Origin: Balanoglossus misakiensis
Taxonomy: Eukaryota; Animalia; Hemichordata
Direction: 5' to 3'
Assembly: GCA_040954595.2 (NCBI GenBank)
Contig: CM082596.2
Coordinates: 3,214,925 to 3,278,924, forward strand
Length of the DNA stretch: 64,000 nucleotides
Positions within the stretch are counted from its first letter, which is position 1, and each line of letters begins with the position of its first letter. The notes beneath the pieces are model-generated. The model saw nothing but the letters and a program-made list of their open reading frames with translations. It was not told the origin of the DNA and did no database searches. Positions 45,901 through 61,900 of this stretch are shown in pieces. The translations under genes and the position numbers were made by a program.

Positions 45901-48900
45901 CAACTGGATGGGTACGTACTCTGAAAAGAAGCCAAACACTTCAGAAAGGAGTCGCTGGATTGTCATCAGATGACATATTTTAACCATTTCATCCCTGTTT
46001 CCTTTTATGGAAGTCCAACTTTACCATAGAAAACAATAGATTTGGACCAAACCATGGTGGTGAAAGGGTTAATGAAAACCACAAAACACAAAAATGATAT
46101 CTGGACAATCTATAACTCACCTATAATTGCCTTTTTAATAGCTGTCCTTTTCAAGTCTGGATTGATGTCACTAATCTTCAGTGTTGGTAAACAGGACAAG
46201 TCTTCCTGTGCATTCTGTACTTTAGCAAGCCTAAGACCTAAAGCAGAAAAGAGTAACACAATTCTATTATTTTACAATCCTAGAAAATAGGATTCAAAGT
46301 TCACAACTGTTAGTGTCTCGTCACAGAAAAGCATGCATTTTTACATGTGACTTCCTCTGAAAAAGACACCAGTACTTCAAGTTCAACTGACCATGACTGT
46401 ACACTTCTGCTCTGTCTTTTTCACTCAAAGCGTCCAACTTCTCTTGCAACAACTGTTTTTCCTCTTCCGCTTTGTTCTTCTCATAGTCCGGATCAGGACT
46501 CATTGTAAGCGTCAGTTTGTGGGGATTGTTCTTGAAGTAGGTCTCCATTTTCTCTTGCAAGAACCTGGGGTTCTCTGCCATGGCGTTCTTGAACTGCTCC
46601 ACACACTTGTTGACTTGCAAGTTGGCGATGGGATCCCCTCCATGGTTCCAGCTTGGCATCAAAGACTGCAGATATATGACATTATATAACATGGCTGCCG
46701 TTATTGCAGTGAAAACTTCGTACTGCTCAATTTAACAAACTATTAAGGTACTCATTAGTATGATAAATACAGTTGTTGTCGCTAGCGACAGATGCTTGTA
46801 CTTACACCGATGAGTCCAAGACCAAACTGTGTTGTTTGATGTTTTATGGACAGTTCTATCTTGTGAAGCACAGCATCTATCCTCTCTTCAGGAAACCCCG
46901 TTCTAGAAAATGAAAATATAAATTTGACCCCAAGAGCAACATTATCCAAATCATTAACACCCCAACCACCTCTGTTGTCATCATCATTATCATCGTCGCC
47001 GTCATCATCATTTTCACCCAGTCAGTTTCACAGTTCTCTGACAATACTTACTGGATTACACTGTCTATTGTATCTTCAATGATCTTCTTCACAGTTTCGA
47101 CATCACTTTCGCCGATATCCTTCAGTCCGACCGAGAAAACTGCCTCCTTAATTGAGCCATTATAACTAGCACCAAAGAGATAACAAATGTGAAGTTTGTA
47201 TTTTGGTGTCATTTATACAATACTGTCAATTGTTTGTACTTTTTTCAACTCTTCACCTACATAATGATTAATCTTACTGAAATTTCTGAGTCAATTATTG
47301 TCAAACATACGAAGAGAGTGTTGAAAGGATTATTTCCAATACTGAAGTATCTCTACTTACCCGACAACAGGAGCATAATCCGATCCAATATTGGCATCCA
47401 ACAATGCCTGATAAAATGGAGATGTTGGTCCAGCAGTCAACAGTGATCCAATGATAGATGCCGTGAATGATTCAAAGGTGTCTGTGATGCTACAAATATA
47501 GAGAAATAATGTCAGTTTCAGCAAAAGCAGTGAGAGATTCTTCGATAGTGTTTGGACAGTCTGATTTAATGCCAGCCAACTAGCAACTATCTAGTGGCTG
47601 ACCAATGTGGGACAAGCTACTGTACCAAAAACACAACCACTTACTCATTGAGAAGATAAGAAACAGACAGTGTCATCTGTTTCTTTGGATCGACTGCCAT
47701 GGGATCCACTGCACAAGACACATGGTCTTCCCTCTGAAAATACAGAAATTAGAATTGTTATTTCACTCCAAGACTGTTCTTTGTGGCTTCCCAATTTTTG
47801 TTTGACAGATGTTTAAAATATTAAACACTGTTTGTATTGCATGCGTGTTCATTCTACTTACAGGTTCTGTCCATCTTTCCTCTTTTGGTACCTCAGTATC
47901 AGGCTCAATTTTTGAAAACTTGCTCAGTGCGTTTTTTTGGATAAATTCTAAATGGTTCTCCATTGGCATGTCTCCATAGGTATAAAATCTGAGTGAAAAA
48001 AATAGCAACATAAAGTTGGTCATGATCATTACAGAGTGGTTAAAAAAAGTTAATATCTGATAACTGGTTGCATGAGATGCATTTACCTGGCATTACTAGG
48101 GTGGTAATGTGTTGCATGGAACTTCCGGAGTTGTTGCACAGTCAGTTCTGGAATTTTCAAAGGATCCCCACCGGAATTCGTAGCATAGGTGTGGCTGGGA
48201 AGTATTTTGTTCTGTACGTGAATTCCAAACATATCATCCGGACTTGTCTGGAAAAAGGGGAAATAGAACATTTGAACTTCTCAGTACCATCGATACACAA
48301 TCTGTTCATTATTAAAGATATCTGCGTAATGACAGCAATGAATTTGGGAAATGATACAATTACTGATGTGCCCTAACTTAATCAAACTTAATTTCAACTT
48401 ACCAGAGCCCCTTTCATTTCATTGAAAACAACACCTTTGAAAATGATTGGAGAGTTGGTATTATTGATATCTTCATGTTCTAGCCTCCATCCTTCTTGGC
48501 TGTTAAAATATAAAGGTTCAATCAATCAAGCAACCAATCAATCTAACAGTCAGTCAGTCAATCAATCAATCAAGTCAGTCAATCAATCAAGAATTCCACC
48601 ACTGGTATTAAACTTATTATTAGCTGAGCACAACACAACTTACCTGAAGTCATATTCTTGGAGTTTTGGAAAGAAGACAGCATCCAGGTACACTGACAGT
48701 AAATTCTCAAAGTCTTTATCATTCTGGCTCGAAAATGGATAAATGGTGTAGTCACTTGCTGTGGACAAATCAGATGACATTTTCAATTCACTTTGGAATA
48801 CTCACATACAAGTGAGCACCAGATCATAAATTGGCATAGCATTACCTGTCATGGCATTGAGGAATGTTGAGAGTGATCTGGTCAACATCTTGAAGAATGG

Positions 48901-49882
48901 ATCTCTGATCGGATACTTGCCACTGCCACACAAGACAGTGTGTTCTAAGATGTGCGGCACTCCTGTATCGTCCATCGGGGTCGTACGGAAACCAACACTG
49001 GAATGAAAATATTTGAGTTTTACCAATGATGATGAGGTGTTGGATGTGGTGTCCATCCTACGTATATTGCAACATTGTATTTCTTACAAACAAAAATATC
49101 AAATGATCTGGCCTACCTGAATACATTGTTGGCGTCGTCCCTAGCAACGTGTAGATATTGGGCACCAGTGGCATCATGGGTAAGTTTCACTGCTGTTAAG
49201 TGCAGCTCTGATATCGTGTCCACCTTGTTTGAAATAGGACGTAGAAACCAACATCATGAGATTATGATCGCCATAACAACTGGAAGGTGTTTTAATGACA
49301 TTCACAATTACGCGGATCACAAATATCACTTTCAAACCTCACTTTGTCAACAGTGAAACCATGAATCTTTTCTCCCGGCTGATATTTCTGTGCTTCTTGC
49401 AACACTGCTGAACTTGAACTTGAGATACTGGTAGTACTGAAAGATCTTCTAAAGGGTTTTCTACATTTCCTGCTTAAGTTTAAGAAAAGAGGAACAATGT
49501 CATCTTCTCAGCTGATTATCAATATCAGGCCACAAGCTTGCACATTCAATATATACAATACTAGGCATAGCCTAGGAAATGTAGGATGTGCACTGGGCTA
49601 AGATATCACTGACTACTAATCCAAGAGCTGAATATCTATGTATATACGAACAGCCATTATATAATATACATGGCAGGATACTGCTTCCATGGTCACATGC
49701 ATTGTACGGCAAGATTCCATCCATCATTGAATGATTCAATCCATTTGATTCATTGCACATTTACACATGCATCAGCCTGGTAAAGCCTCCGATCTCTGAT
49801 ATTTTTGTTTATTTCATCCTTACCTATTCTGTGCAATCGTCACCAGCCTCTTGACATGCCTCGACGCTGCCGATCGCAACAT
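42908..49882 (-). CDS. PITRM1: Mitochondrial presequence protease (pitrilysin metallopeptidase 1, M16C), multi-exon
   Basis: N-terminus [20 protein letters not shown] resembles a mitochondrial targeting peptide. The inverted zinc motif appears in [42 protein letters not shown]. Other matching segments: [12 protein letters not shown]...[37 protein letters not shown], and the late exons with REKGGAYG and FYSYRDP. The last exon is approximate. Confidence 0.95.
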
Positions 49883-50994
49883 TTTAGAATGTCAGCCTTG
49901 CAGTTCAGCGATTGACGTGCTTGTAGTGATCGCCAGCTGACCTTGAATGAATTATTTCACAACATGACCCCTGTGTGACCTTGTATGTTTGTGCAAAGCA
50001 TCCATTCTCCAGTGAGTGTGGCCACACAGCTCTGCCATTATTTGCAACAGAGGGGATTTCTCTGTAAAACTATGAAGCAGCAGTACCTTGAATTCCACCA
50101 GAATTTTTTCATAGAAGATTTCTGTATAAATAACCCCACTTGATTACTGCAAACCCCGGCGTATTAGTGTGGCATAAGGGTGTATTGTTTTGACAGGCTT
50201 CAAAATATTGTATCTAAAAGTTTCAAAGCTAGGCGGTCGTAAGTGAGTCTGTGTGTCAATTTAATAAAAAGCCAAGGAAAACAAACTTCTGGTCGAGTTT
50301 GATCGCAATTTTCTATGAGAAGGAGAGCGTTGTCTTTGATGTCATAGCACAGATCGACTGTTTGGTCGGTAGACTCACAAATCGGTACGTTGGCATGTAG
50401 AAATAGGTGTTAATGTTTTTAGCAGATAGCAATTAGCATAACAACAAACGGTGGATGTTTATCACAGCTGTTTCAGCTATGTGTACACCGGTGCAAAACA
50501 GTTATTCTGGAGCGGGGATGTGTGTTATGGCAGCTTGATTAGACTGATATTTTGCATCCCCAGCTCAGATTACCGAAATGGAATCTTGATTAAGAGACTG
50601 TCATTTGCGAAAATGGGGGGTGTCTGTTTCCCTTGGGTTTGTTTACTTTTCTGTGACGCATTTCTCATCCACCCAAGTCCCAACCCCGCCCCCATCACCT
50701 AGGAAACTCATGAACTACATCCAGTAGTGATGTGATGGCAATGTGTCTTCAGACACATTGTACCTCCACCATAGATTGGTGCTTATAAATTGATGTCACT
50801 GACCTACTCAACATTATTACAAAATACCCAATAATAAAGTTTCTGTGCCGTTTAGCGGGTCTTCTCCCAGAATGCAACGCTAGAGATCTTTTGATTTGGG
50901 GATCTTGTACCTTCCTACCCCATATAATCAATGCAAAGTCCTGCATCTCTACTTTCAGGGGTATGGTTGTGTTGTCTGGAACAGGGTCGGTAAG

Positions 50995-52904
50995 ATGTGG
51001 TATGTGATGGCAAGGCTGCAGCAAAGCTACAGTCTGCAGGAGCGCCTGGTTCGCACCATTGCCGACTGGCGGGCGTACTCCACAGACGATGTGGAGGAGC
51101 TGTTGGACGAAGGGGCGGATGTCAACGGCGCCTCGGGCACTCTGCTACCGTTGCACTGTGCGTGCATGGTGAGCGACAGCAATGTTCTCAAGTTGCTGCT
51201 AGACAGGGGTGCTGCAGTAAGTATTGGTACCTAAGAATTTAAGGATAAGGCTTAAAGGGGAAGCTTACCCTCTGTTGTAATTGCACAAAGTTGTTTAATA
51301 GTCACGTGACAAATGCCAATTTCACTAACTTTCACTCGTGCACAGCAAAGTAATTTATCACCAATGATAAAAGACAAGAAGTGACAGAATTGACTTGTGG
51401 GTCGTCTGCTGCAGGGGCAAGTACATGTACAGTCACGTTGCTGTGTCAAGTCACACACACACATGAACTATGACATAACTATGGCAACAGATAATTTGGA
51501 GCCAGAGATCCCCCTCTAAAAACTGGAGATTGAAATAACACTGGACCGTACGCAAAGCGCAGTACTGCACGTCGACTGCAACACAAGTCGTGTACGTCAC
51601 TTCTAGTTGCATTTTAAACACACACAGTGCACGACTGAGATCTAATCCATAGGATATCTGACAATATAATGACAGGACTTTGGAAGGACTGTTGGTGAAC
51701 TATGTAGTGACCTTCCATATTGATGCCAGGTCCCACCCAACATATACATGTACATTAACCTCCTACTGCTTTGCATTCTGTTGTGTGACCTCCCTTTTGA
51801 GGGATTGCCTTGCGAGACAGAAAGAATCCTTTTTTTGTTTGCGGCTTGTAGTGTTCTGTTGTGTAGCTGTGAAAGTTCCAAGTGTAAAGCCAAAAATGGC
51901 AAAATGCATTTTTTTAAAATGCGAGAGGGATGACTATATGTATGTGTAATGAAACTCGCCAACCCTGACTGTCAGTGAATAACAGAAAGAGTGTACTAAC
52001 GGATAATGGAAAGAATGTACTAACACCAAGCTCTAGCGACAGCGCCCTCTAATGCCAATCGCGGAATCTATTGATCAGTTGTTTTTGTGTGCAGTGCAGT
52101 CTGTGTGTAATTCTATCTAATCTTAGGCAAATATAAGCTTCGGTAAAAGTTTAGTGAAGTTTAGAAAAAATCTAACTTGAAATTAATAAAATGTGGTGTG
52201 GACATAAGGTTTGATTTTTTGAAATTCAAGTTCAATCAAGTAAAACATGGAACTTTTTCAAACAGGTCAACGCTGTCGATGGCTATGAAAGAACTGCTTT
52301 GCATTATGCCGCGGAAAAAGATGACATTTGCACTGAGCTTCTCATACAACATGGTGCTGACCTGAACGCCCCCGACGGTAATCAGGACACTCCGCTGCAC
52401 TGGGCTTCGTTTAAGAACAATGTGAACAGCGTCAAGATTCTGCTGCGCCACCAGGCCGCGGTCAACCTCGTGGACTACAACAACGACACGGCGCTCAGCT
52501 GGGCTGCGCTGAAATGCAACCAGGAGAGCATTCAGTTGTTGCTAGATTACGGGGCGGACCCGTCCATCACGAATTATAACGGGATGTCGCCTATTTTACG
52601 GGCGGCCATCATGGCGGCCTCCGGACTAGATAGCCGGGACGTGGAGTCTGTCCGGTTGCTCGTCAAAGCGCTTGGCATGTTTGACATACGCAACGAGCAG
52701 GGCTGCCTGCCCAATGAAATCAAGCGAGACGCGCACCTTCACGACATGCTCATACAGTACTGCGAAAACGCCAGACCACTCAAGGAGCTGTGTCGCTTTG
52801 TTATACGTAGAAATCTCGGCCAGACTTATTTGCCTGAAGCTGTGACTAAACTGCCATTGCCTGCTGTGCTGCGGAGTTACCTACTGCTGCAAGAACAAAG
52901 ATGA
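50995..52904 (+). CDS. ASB8: Ankyrin repeat and SOCS box protein 8, ~286 aa, 2 coding exons
   Basis: Exons 50995-51216 and 52266-52904. MWYVMARLQQSYSLQERLVRTIA, GTLLPLHCACMVSD, RTALHYAAEKD, DTPLHWASFKNN and DYNNDTALSWAA match ASB8 as I recall it. C-terminal SOCS box: PLKELCRFVIRRNLG...LPLPAVLRSYLLL. Confidence 0.93.
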
Positions 52905-55900
52905 TCACAGGATATTCTTATACATTATAAGGATGCCTGTCTTTTAACACTGCGAAAAGTGCAGTTCAGAAACTTTTAAGTGGGAGTATGCATGAACCAT
53001 TAGTGTACATAGAATATGACATTTACACAAAGACACACACTCATACTCATAATAACCATAATACTGATACACGTATCTCTGTATGCACCACTGCATATGA
53101 CAGATTCATCACTCACATTGACAATCTGGGCCAACTACCCGTGACATTTGAAACGTGTACCTGGCTTGAATGAGTAAAGAAGTACCATATGACCGTGGGA
53201 CGGCTTGCTCTAATACTCATCTATGATGTGAGCGGCTTAAATACATCTTGTTTCTGAATAATGCAACATGTGAAAAAGATATCATCTCGACTATGAAACT
53301 GCAGAAATTAATGCAGAGCGATACATGTAGTTTAAGATTAAGATATTATCTGGGTTTTTTTTTTGTTCACTTCATGAATAATGCATGATGTTCCGAGGCT
53401 GTAACTTTTTCCATTATTTTTTAATATTTTAATCTGGAACCAAGGTCGTCTCATAATGCATTCATCGTGTGAGATGAGCATCTGCTTGTTATCACACTTT
53501 TACAGGAAAGTGTTGGGAGTGCAAGTTCCTAACAGTACCATCTCTTGGGTACGATTAACCTATTTACTGCCATGGTGTGGTTTAACCTCATTCTTTCAGT
53601 GGTGAATTCGGAGTCATACATTTGGAAAGAGGGGTGACATGGTGAAAGAAAGTGCTCCCCTCAAATTTTAAACACACAACTACCTTGGGCAGACTTTTAT
53701 GTTGAGATTTAAAGCATGTATAATTTTTTTATTATTTCATATTCTGACATAGTATCGATTGAAATTAGACTTTCTAAACTGTGTCTTTATGAAGCCATCA
53801 GCGGATGTTACAATATGGTTAATATTATTTAATGGTATGCTGCAACTATTTAATCAGGGCAGATAATAAAATAACAAGAGTTTATTAAACAACCCAAACT
53901 TTGAAAATATTTTCTACAATCAAGAGATAATGCAACATCAGAACCATTTACAGATTCTAAATAAATCTGGATCTTTGCTTGAATTGAATTGTTAATTGTC
54001 GCAGTTGTAACTGTTTTATCATTTTCGCTTTATTTTTATCTGTCCATCTGTAGACCTTCAAATATTTTATTCCTTTGAGAAAGATATTACAGCTGGTTGG
54101 TTTGTGCAGGAAAGTAGAAAATAAAACTTGTTTCTGTTTTGCTTGAAGAATCAACCATAAACTAGGCTTCTGTGTTATTCTTTATAATTTAAAAATGAAT
54201 TCTGTGTATCATGAATAAAACAAGCGAGTCTATGCTAGAAAGTACCCCAGGTTGTACAGTATTTATTCGCTGACATTCAGTTTGGGATGTGATGTGTAAT
54301 TTACACGGTACAACGTGGCATAAAAAGATGTCATCTGGAAATGGCAAAGTTGAATTAATCTCACTGAGACATATTATGTTATATTAGTATTTATTGCTTT
54401 AGCATGGGAAGCTCTCTTTAAAAGTATTGAATAAATCGGGTGATTAAAAAAATTGTGTATTTTTCCTCTGCCATGCTTGTCCGTGCTTGCAGTTCCTCCC
54501 TGCAGCCATAGAGTATATATGCTTTGTTGTGTCTGTTCATTTCTCAGCAGTGCCGTAAATTAAAACTCATCATTAAACCCAGACACACACAGTGACCCAC
54601 ACTCCCGCAAATGTTGTCTCGCATTAAAACCTTGAACAGCGCCGCCATTGGCCAGAATGGACCGTTTTACGAACATGAGTGTAATTACATCCCCAGGCAC
54701 TAGTTTTAATTACTCATTTTTTTCACACAGCTGTCCAGTTTAAATTCGTTATGTATCAAAATATCATAAAGCATGGAGCTCAAATGCTGGGAAGTATAGC
54801 TGCACAATGTGTGTGCATGGGGGCTGGCAGGGTTGGGGTGATGCATATGGTTTCATGTAGGTACTGCTGACCATGCATAGATACATGTAGTGTTGCTTTT
54901 AACATGTTGATGTTTGTCGGCTGCATGCTAGCTGTTGATTGGTCCTTCAAAGGTCAGAGTTCACCAGTTCACATGGCAGCACATGGCTCGGTTCAATAAC
55001 CTTGGCATGCATCTTTGTATGCACTGTCAGATTTAGTGAAGGGTTTTAGAGGATGATGATGATTGATGCAGCGGTTAGGTCACAGTGCAGATGAGTTCGA
55101 GCGACCACAAATGTCGTTTGATGGCAAGGATCTGTTTTATTAGCGTTGACATAATACTGATGTAAAGTTATTTCTATATACCGGTATTAAATTGTTTTGG
55201 CGACATGCTGGATTTAACGCCTGAATGAGCAAGTACTAGTATGTAGATACCTATACTTCCGGCAGTCTTCTTGAATAAAGAATCAGACATACAGATTTAT
55301 TCTTGTACGGCAGCCAATTTAACCCTTTCGTTCAGACTAAACCCACTCTTTTTTATGGTAAAGGAACTGGGGGTGAAACAGTTAAGGATGGTGGCCAGGG
55401 GGTGTGGACTGTACCGTACGTATAAAACAATGGACTTGGGCCAAACTGTGATTGTGAAAGGGTTATTTGCAGTTTCACAGGTTTCACAGGTTTCTTGTTC
55501 GAGTATGAGGCTCATACGATGAGTTAATTTCTCTTCTAAATGTCCAATTGATTTCTTTTCTGACCACTGATGTCACAATTTAAGCTTTGGTAGTGATTGA
55601 ATCTGACATAGAAAAAAGCATCTTGCCATCGTTGAATGAGGCACACTGATACAGTAACCCAGATCGAATAATTTCATTACAGTATTGCAGTTGCTTGGAT
55701 GCATAGCTAATGGAATCTGCAGTTGTTTTGTAGATGATTCATGCGGTGCATGGCAATTGGTTTATATATGAATGTGTGTTTTGTGTCTGCGTCTGTGCCT
55801 GGCGGCAATTTCAGATGCCATATTTTTGCTTTTAATAAACACCCATCTTCATTTCTGAAACAAATTTAGTGCAGATTTGCGTAAATTTGAATGTTTTTTA

Positions 55901-58900
55901 AAAATATGTTACAGAAATCTTTAGTGGTTGTTAATTAAATGTACACGTATAAGCAATGTATTACCGGTAAATATTCTCCATTCATCACATCTGAATGCTA
56001 GACATACTTGTACCTAATTACACACGATGTGATGTTAATTCAGACTGAGCTCTGTCGTCACAGTTCCCTTGAAGTGTGTTGTTTTCAAAAACAGCCTACA
56101 ACCACGGCAACACGCATTGTTTGTGTATATCTCAATGTAATGACACGTGTCACTTTCGCATAGCTGTCATCGCGATCACCCGAGCGTGTGATTCGTGAAA
56201 CTGACAAGTGTGAGTAATGAAATTGACTCAGCATAGTCATGGCAATGACATTTTGAACTTGGTCTGATCAGACTGATATCGCATGACTAAGAGTGTGTTT
56301 GCGTGAATGTATCACTGTGAAATATATCAACAACATGAAACCTGCGGGGGAAATGAAGTATAAAGTATATGCAGATATTGCATCGTTGTACCCTCAGTCC
56401 TGTCTGTTTTTATCTCACTTGACAATTCTTAGAAATCTCGTATTGTCTAGCCGTGTTTCATCATCTCTCACTTCAGGCACTTATTCAATATTAATATCAA
56501 ATTGATGAATAATGTATAAATATCATAACAGGATAATCATTAAATAAATTGCGGCATTTTAATGCCTTATTTATGAAGATCAAAGAATGCAATCTTATAC
56601 ATTTTGACATACTTCTGATGTGTGACTAATACACGCTGGGATCCAGTCATCAGTGAAATGTATCTGTGTGGATGTCACAATATAATTATGAGAGCCGTCA
56701 ACATTAAAAATTAGTGTTATCTTCCAGTATGTGTCACAGGATTGTATTCTCCTTGCGTGGTCCATGGCAAGATTCCAAATCCTGATTAATATTTTGTTTA
56801 AAAGGGGAAATTTGTAATATTGAGATCTGTCTCGTGTTTGATCAATAGTCTCCAATGCTTGACAACATCTCATTACCAAGACCTGTTTATTCAGTCTCTT
56901 AAAGATGTGCTGATTTATTGCCTTCCTTTCCCATTTCCGTTAGACGAAAATGTAATCGGAGATTTGTCGCCTCTAATATGCCAAGTTTTGAATATTTTAT
57001 AAGATGAAAACAATATGTGTGATACTAGAAAGATTGCTTGATGAAATGAGCATTGCATAGTTGCCGGCAGACATAATGACGTCACAAGTGTCTTGCGTTG
57101 TGTGTGAACACTTTTTTGGGTTTGCAGACAAAGATTTTCGTATTATCATCAGCGAACAAATTACAAATCTTGAAGTTTATCGCAAAACATTGATCTGTCC
57201 AAAATGATCGCCTGGTGTTATAGCGCCACCTATGGTCAATATGTTCCCATCTTCACACTGTACAGAGTTCACTGAACATACTGTCAAGTTTCCGTGGTGA
57301 TGACACATAACCTCATTGTCCTTGTCTAGTCATCATGTAGTCATCATTAGTATGTTTGCTGGTTGGATTTTCTAGTCAAAGAATATCATAAATTTCAGTT
57401 ATTCATAAAATAATTTATTAGTGAGAGATAAATTCTGAAATCACTGACATGTTTCATCTATCAAAAGGACCGAGTGATATTAAACTGCTAAAATAACTCC
57501 CAACATTGTACTGGTATTGATAATTTGCGTGTCTGTCATACATGTATCTGTATGCATTCCCTGTCATATTTATATGAATATCATGGATGTATGTCGTAAA
57601 TCAAGGAAAGACGCAAGCTATCACTTGCATTGGTCATTCACTCATCCAATCAGATATTGATTAAAGAAAAAATGTTTGACTTAATTCTGGCTTCATTTGC
57701 TCATCTCTGTTTAAGGACAGTTGTACATATTGATTCAATTGTTTATTTTCATGTACAAGGAGCCAATTAATAACATTCTCTGCACATTCTATATGTGATT
57801 AAATTCTTTCTCATTTCCTCCCATCATGCTGCTGGGCCTCATATATCCACTTCCTTGTGAAATAGATCTTGAATTACCTTGAACTAGACCTACAATTTCC
57901 TGAGAGAGCGACCTTCCACATCATAAAGTGCCATCAAAACATACTGGCCACCTGTCTGTGGTGAAGTGCTGTTCTTGCCAAACAGAGAAGCATCAGTAAT
58001 TCCAAACTCATTAAGGCTAAAACTGCCCAGCCATTAGTGGTTCTAAATTATCCCAGTCAGCAATAAATATGCCAGAATTAACATTTTAATGAACATCAAG
58101 CTGGATTCGGCCTTCTGATCCAGACAAGACAAGAATGTCTAATACCTAGTCGTTGAATTTTATTAGGGCTTATTGTAAATAATTAATCTGCTAATCTGAC
58201 TTAGTGTATTGCTACCAATGTTAATAAGTCTGGAAAAATTGTTTCTTTGGATGGATCATTACTAATGGTTTGTTCTGTTTCACACCCTTTTTATTAACTG
58301 TACTCTTTATTATATTTTTTGTTTCATAAATTTAACTGTACGTACATCACTCATCAGTATGATTGATCGCTGTGGTATATATTGTAATTATATTCTTGTA
58401 CTGTAAGTGAATAGAATGGTGTGGTGGTTATTAAAGTACCAGTATGTACAAGGAATTTGTAGTGTCTTCGACATCCATAATATTCAGACTGTGTTGTTAA
58501 ACAGCAGACATGGTCCTGAGATGTACATGTACATGTAGTATTAAAAATAAAAGAGATATTGTTAATCTTTCTGCATGCATATAGCATTAGTAAGAGTATT
58601 TTAAATAAACCAGGCACTTTGTTGCCTTTAAGTTGTAATTAACTCAAGCTATTGGTCTGAAAGTCTGTGGACTAATATGGAACTGTGGAAATCTGATGCT
58701 GGTCCGTTCATGGGAAATTTACTCTCACAAGTGAAACTAATATCTTGTGAGTTTCATAATGGGGGTATCTGTAGTGCATACCAATGGTGAGATCATTTTT
58801 CACTTCCTGCAGATTTGTTCAGGCCAAAAATAATGATATTCATAGACCCCTACACAAGAAACAAAATAAAAGTAGCCAATCGAAGTGACTAGAACAACTG

Positions 58901-61900
58901 CAGATGAACTCTTCCCTGTCACCTCCACGTGTCGTTGATCGCGGTTGATCTTTGACCCCACGCGGTAACGCTTCACTGGCAAACTCTGTGTGACCCCCAA
59001 GGCTAATGACAAGATATCATCATCAACATGTAATGTGTACACCACTTTTGCGGAATTGTTGGCGCATTTCTCATTCCCCTCTTCTGTTTGAGTCACGAAC
59101 GAATTTGAATCGTCTGGCAGATGTTTCAGATGTCAGCCGGCAACTGTGGTGATATAACATCAGCAAACATGACAGAAGTCTTAAAATTGTTTTCCCAACA
59201 TCACGAAAATATTTCAATGCTAGGCAACTGGTGAAACAATATCTTCTCATGATCAGAAGACTGAAAAGTGTTTTTGTCCAACAGCAATGAAAATATCATC
59301 ACAAGATGATGTCGGAAATTAGCATCAAATGAGTTTTCTGAATGTAATTTTTCCAGTGCCTATAAATAACTAGGCAATGGCCATTTTGGTATTTAATATC
59401 GCAGAAAAAGTTAACTGATATTCGAGATTTGTTAATTAAGTGTTGAAAATACACTTTTGATGATTAAGCAATCTTAAGACAATCTTAAAGTCTCAGCAGG
59501 TGGTAATTATAATCACTGACTGTGAGTGTATGATTATCTTGTCTGGTGATCATCGTTCTTGAAGAAATGAGGGACGGCACAGTAAATGGTCATTCTGATA
59601 TTTATTGCCTTCATTTGCGTGCGAATCCAGGAGGGAGAAAACTTTGTTGTGAATGTGAAATGAGTTAGTGCCTTCATTAGTTTGATGTGTTTGGATGCAG
59701 AGAATATCCCCTCCAAGGAGAGGCTGAACAAATCACTGCAGCTGTTTTGATTGAGGGGAATGGACTGGAGGAGATGCGTAAACATTCCCTTCTAGACATT
59801 ATTGAATTTTCAAGGTTGGCATTGCAGACGTGCACGGTAACATGTGTGTCCTTCCTGTCAACTGTGACATTGACATCATCGATTTATGGGGCACACACCC
59901 TTGTGACATCATCAATTTTGATGCACGTGTGAATATGTTACCAGATAATCTTGAGTGCCAGTTTCTGCAAAATACAGTGTCCTCAGAATCTCCTCACTCC
60001 AAGGCATCATATACTGTGTTAACACAACACAACACATGTACTGTACGTAATTTTCATATATAGGAAATCTAATTTCATCCACCATGTCAAAATAATCATA
60101 TAAAGAGTGCATTCGCATTGCCTGCCATACACAGCGGCTATCAGTGAATCAAATCCATTCAGTGAGGTGGCATATATATTGACCTCCTGAACCCACCAAT
60201 CACACTTGTGTGTGTGTCTTTCTCCCGGGCTTCTCTGACCCAATTCCCACAGACAGACAATTAGGCCAAACCATTCTGGAGGATGGGGAGGTCTTCTCAC
60301 ATTCAAAAGCCAATTTACTTATATCAGTTATGATTTGAAGTGATAACTTAGAGCATTATAATACAGACGCCATGGCAACACATTGGCAACGTATCACATT
60401 TTGTGACCTTTTTGTTAAGTAGATGTTTGCTAACAAGGAGAATGGTCATATTATTCATTCCTGTCATTTTTCCCTTGAAATAATCACTGATCATAAATAA
60501 TGGAATACTTGTAAATGCAAAAATCATAAAATGACTTTGGACAGGTTTATGGATGGACCTGTTCTACAGTAGCTGCATTTTGCATGGTTGCCAAGCAACC
60601 AGTTAAAATACAGATGCCCACTTCGAAGCAACAGAAAACTCAAAGGAGTTCATACCATTCAACTCTGGTAAAACAGACGCTCACATATCACGCTCGCTGT
60701 CTGTCGTGCATTTCTCAGCGCACTGTTTTTCTCATTACACCGTTTCGACTCCCACATCCCCAGTTTCGCGGTTGCTCGAAGCTAATGGCGTTTCCACTTC
60801 CCGCTATCTGATTGGCTTGATCCCAAGGATTACACCTCGGAGGCAACACATGCAATCAATCACTGACTTCTATAGCATTATTCCAAAATTACAAATCCCA
60901 GCAACTTAGATTTCAGTCGTGTCTTTCATGTCATGTGAGAGATATAAATTTAGTGCAGCAAATTCTGACTGTGTTTGCGCATTCAGATTATGTGAAACTC
61001 TCAATGTATTTTGGAATAAAAATAATTAGCACATGACAAATATGTTAATCGTTATAACTGGCAGGTTAAATATATCTTTACAGCTGAGAGAAAGAAACTG
61101 CATGACATTGAAAATGCTGATGGGCTAAACATCATGCAGACATGACTCAGCAACATAAAAAGATATTACCATTGCACAGAAGCATGGCTGGTAATATTTG
61201 TACTATGTGTTGTGACGGTTATGGTAATATATCAAATGAACGAGTTGGGGGTCGATCGGCAGTGCGAAAATGGCTGAACGAAGAGTGGCTTTAGGCAGGA
61301 TATTCAAACTTCTCCATTGCATAGCTATAGTATACCTGAGAGAGTACGGTCGTACATTTGCGGAAAAAATAGAGCAATGACCTAAATAGGTGTCCGGGTT
61401 GTATGTGGCCTTAGAAACAGTGTCAGGTAGCGGTCAACTCAACACTGAGGGTCGATGACTGTGGCTGCAATAATTTGCATGTCATTCTAGTGTTTGTCAG
61501 ACAATGTACAGTACAGTTAATGTAGCTCAATTTCATGATTTTGATGGAAAGGAATTAGCTTGAAAGTTTTAAGCCATATTGTACTGCCTTTCAGCCCGAT
61601 ATCAACTGAATAATATTAATACATCTACTATACATGTATGTTGAAGACAATTGCATTATGGGTGTAATTGACTCAATATAGAACCCTGCCATGATTGGAT
61701 ACTCGAGTTCTATAATACTCAATCATGACTAACATGTCTTCTGCACAAGATGTATGACTGTACTTTTATTCAGCAAATTGGCAAAAGTATGATTCATACC
61801 TACCATAGGTTGTGACATAGGTCACCATGGAAACTGTGTTGTTAAATTGCATTCTTCAGTGAGTTTTTGTCTGTCTCTTGAACCTTATACCTCCCTCCCT

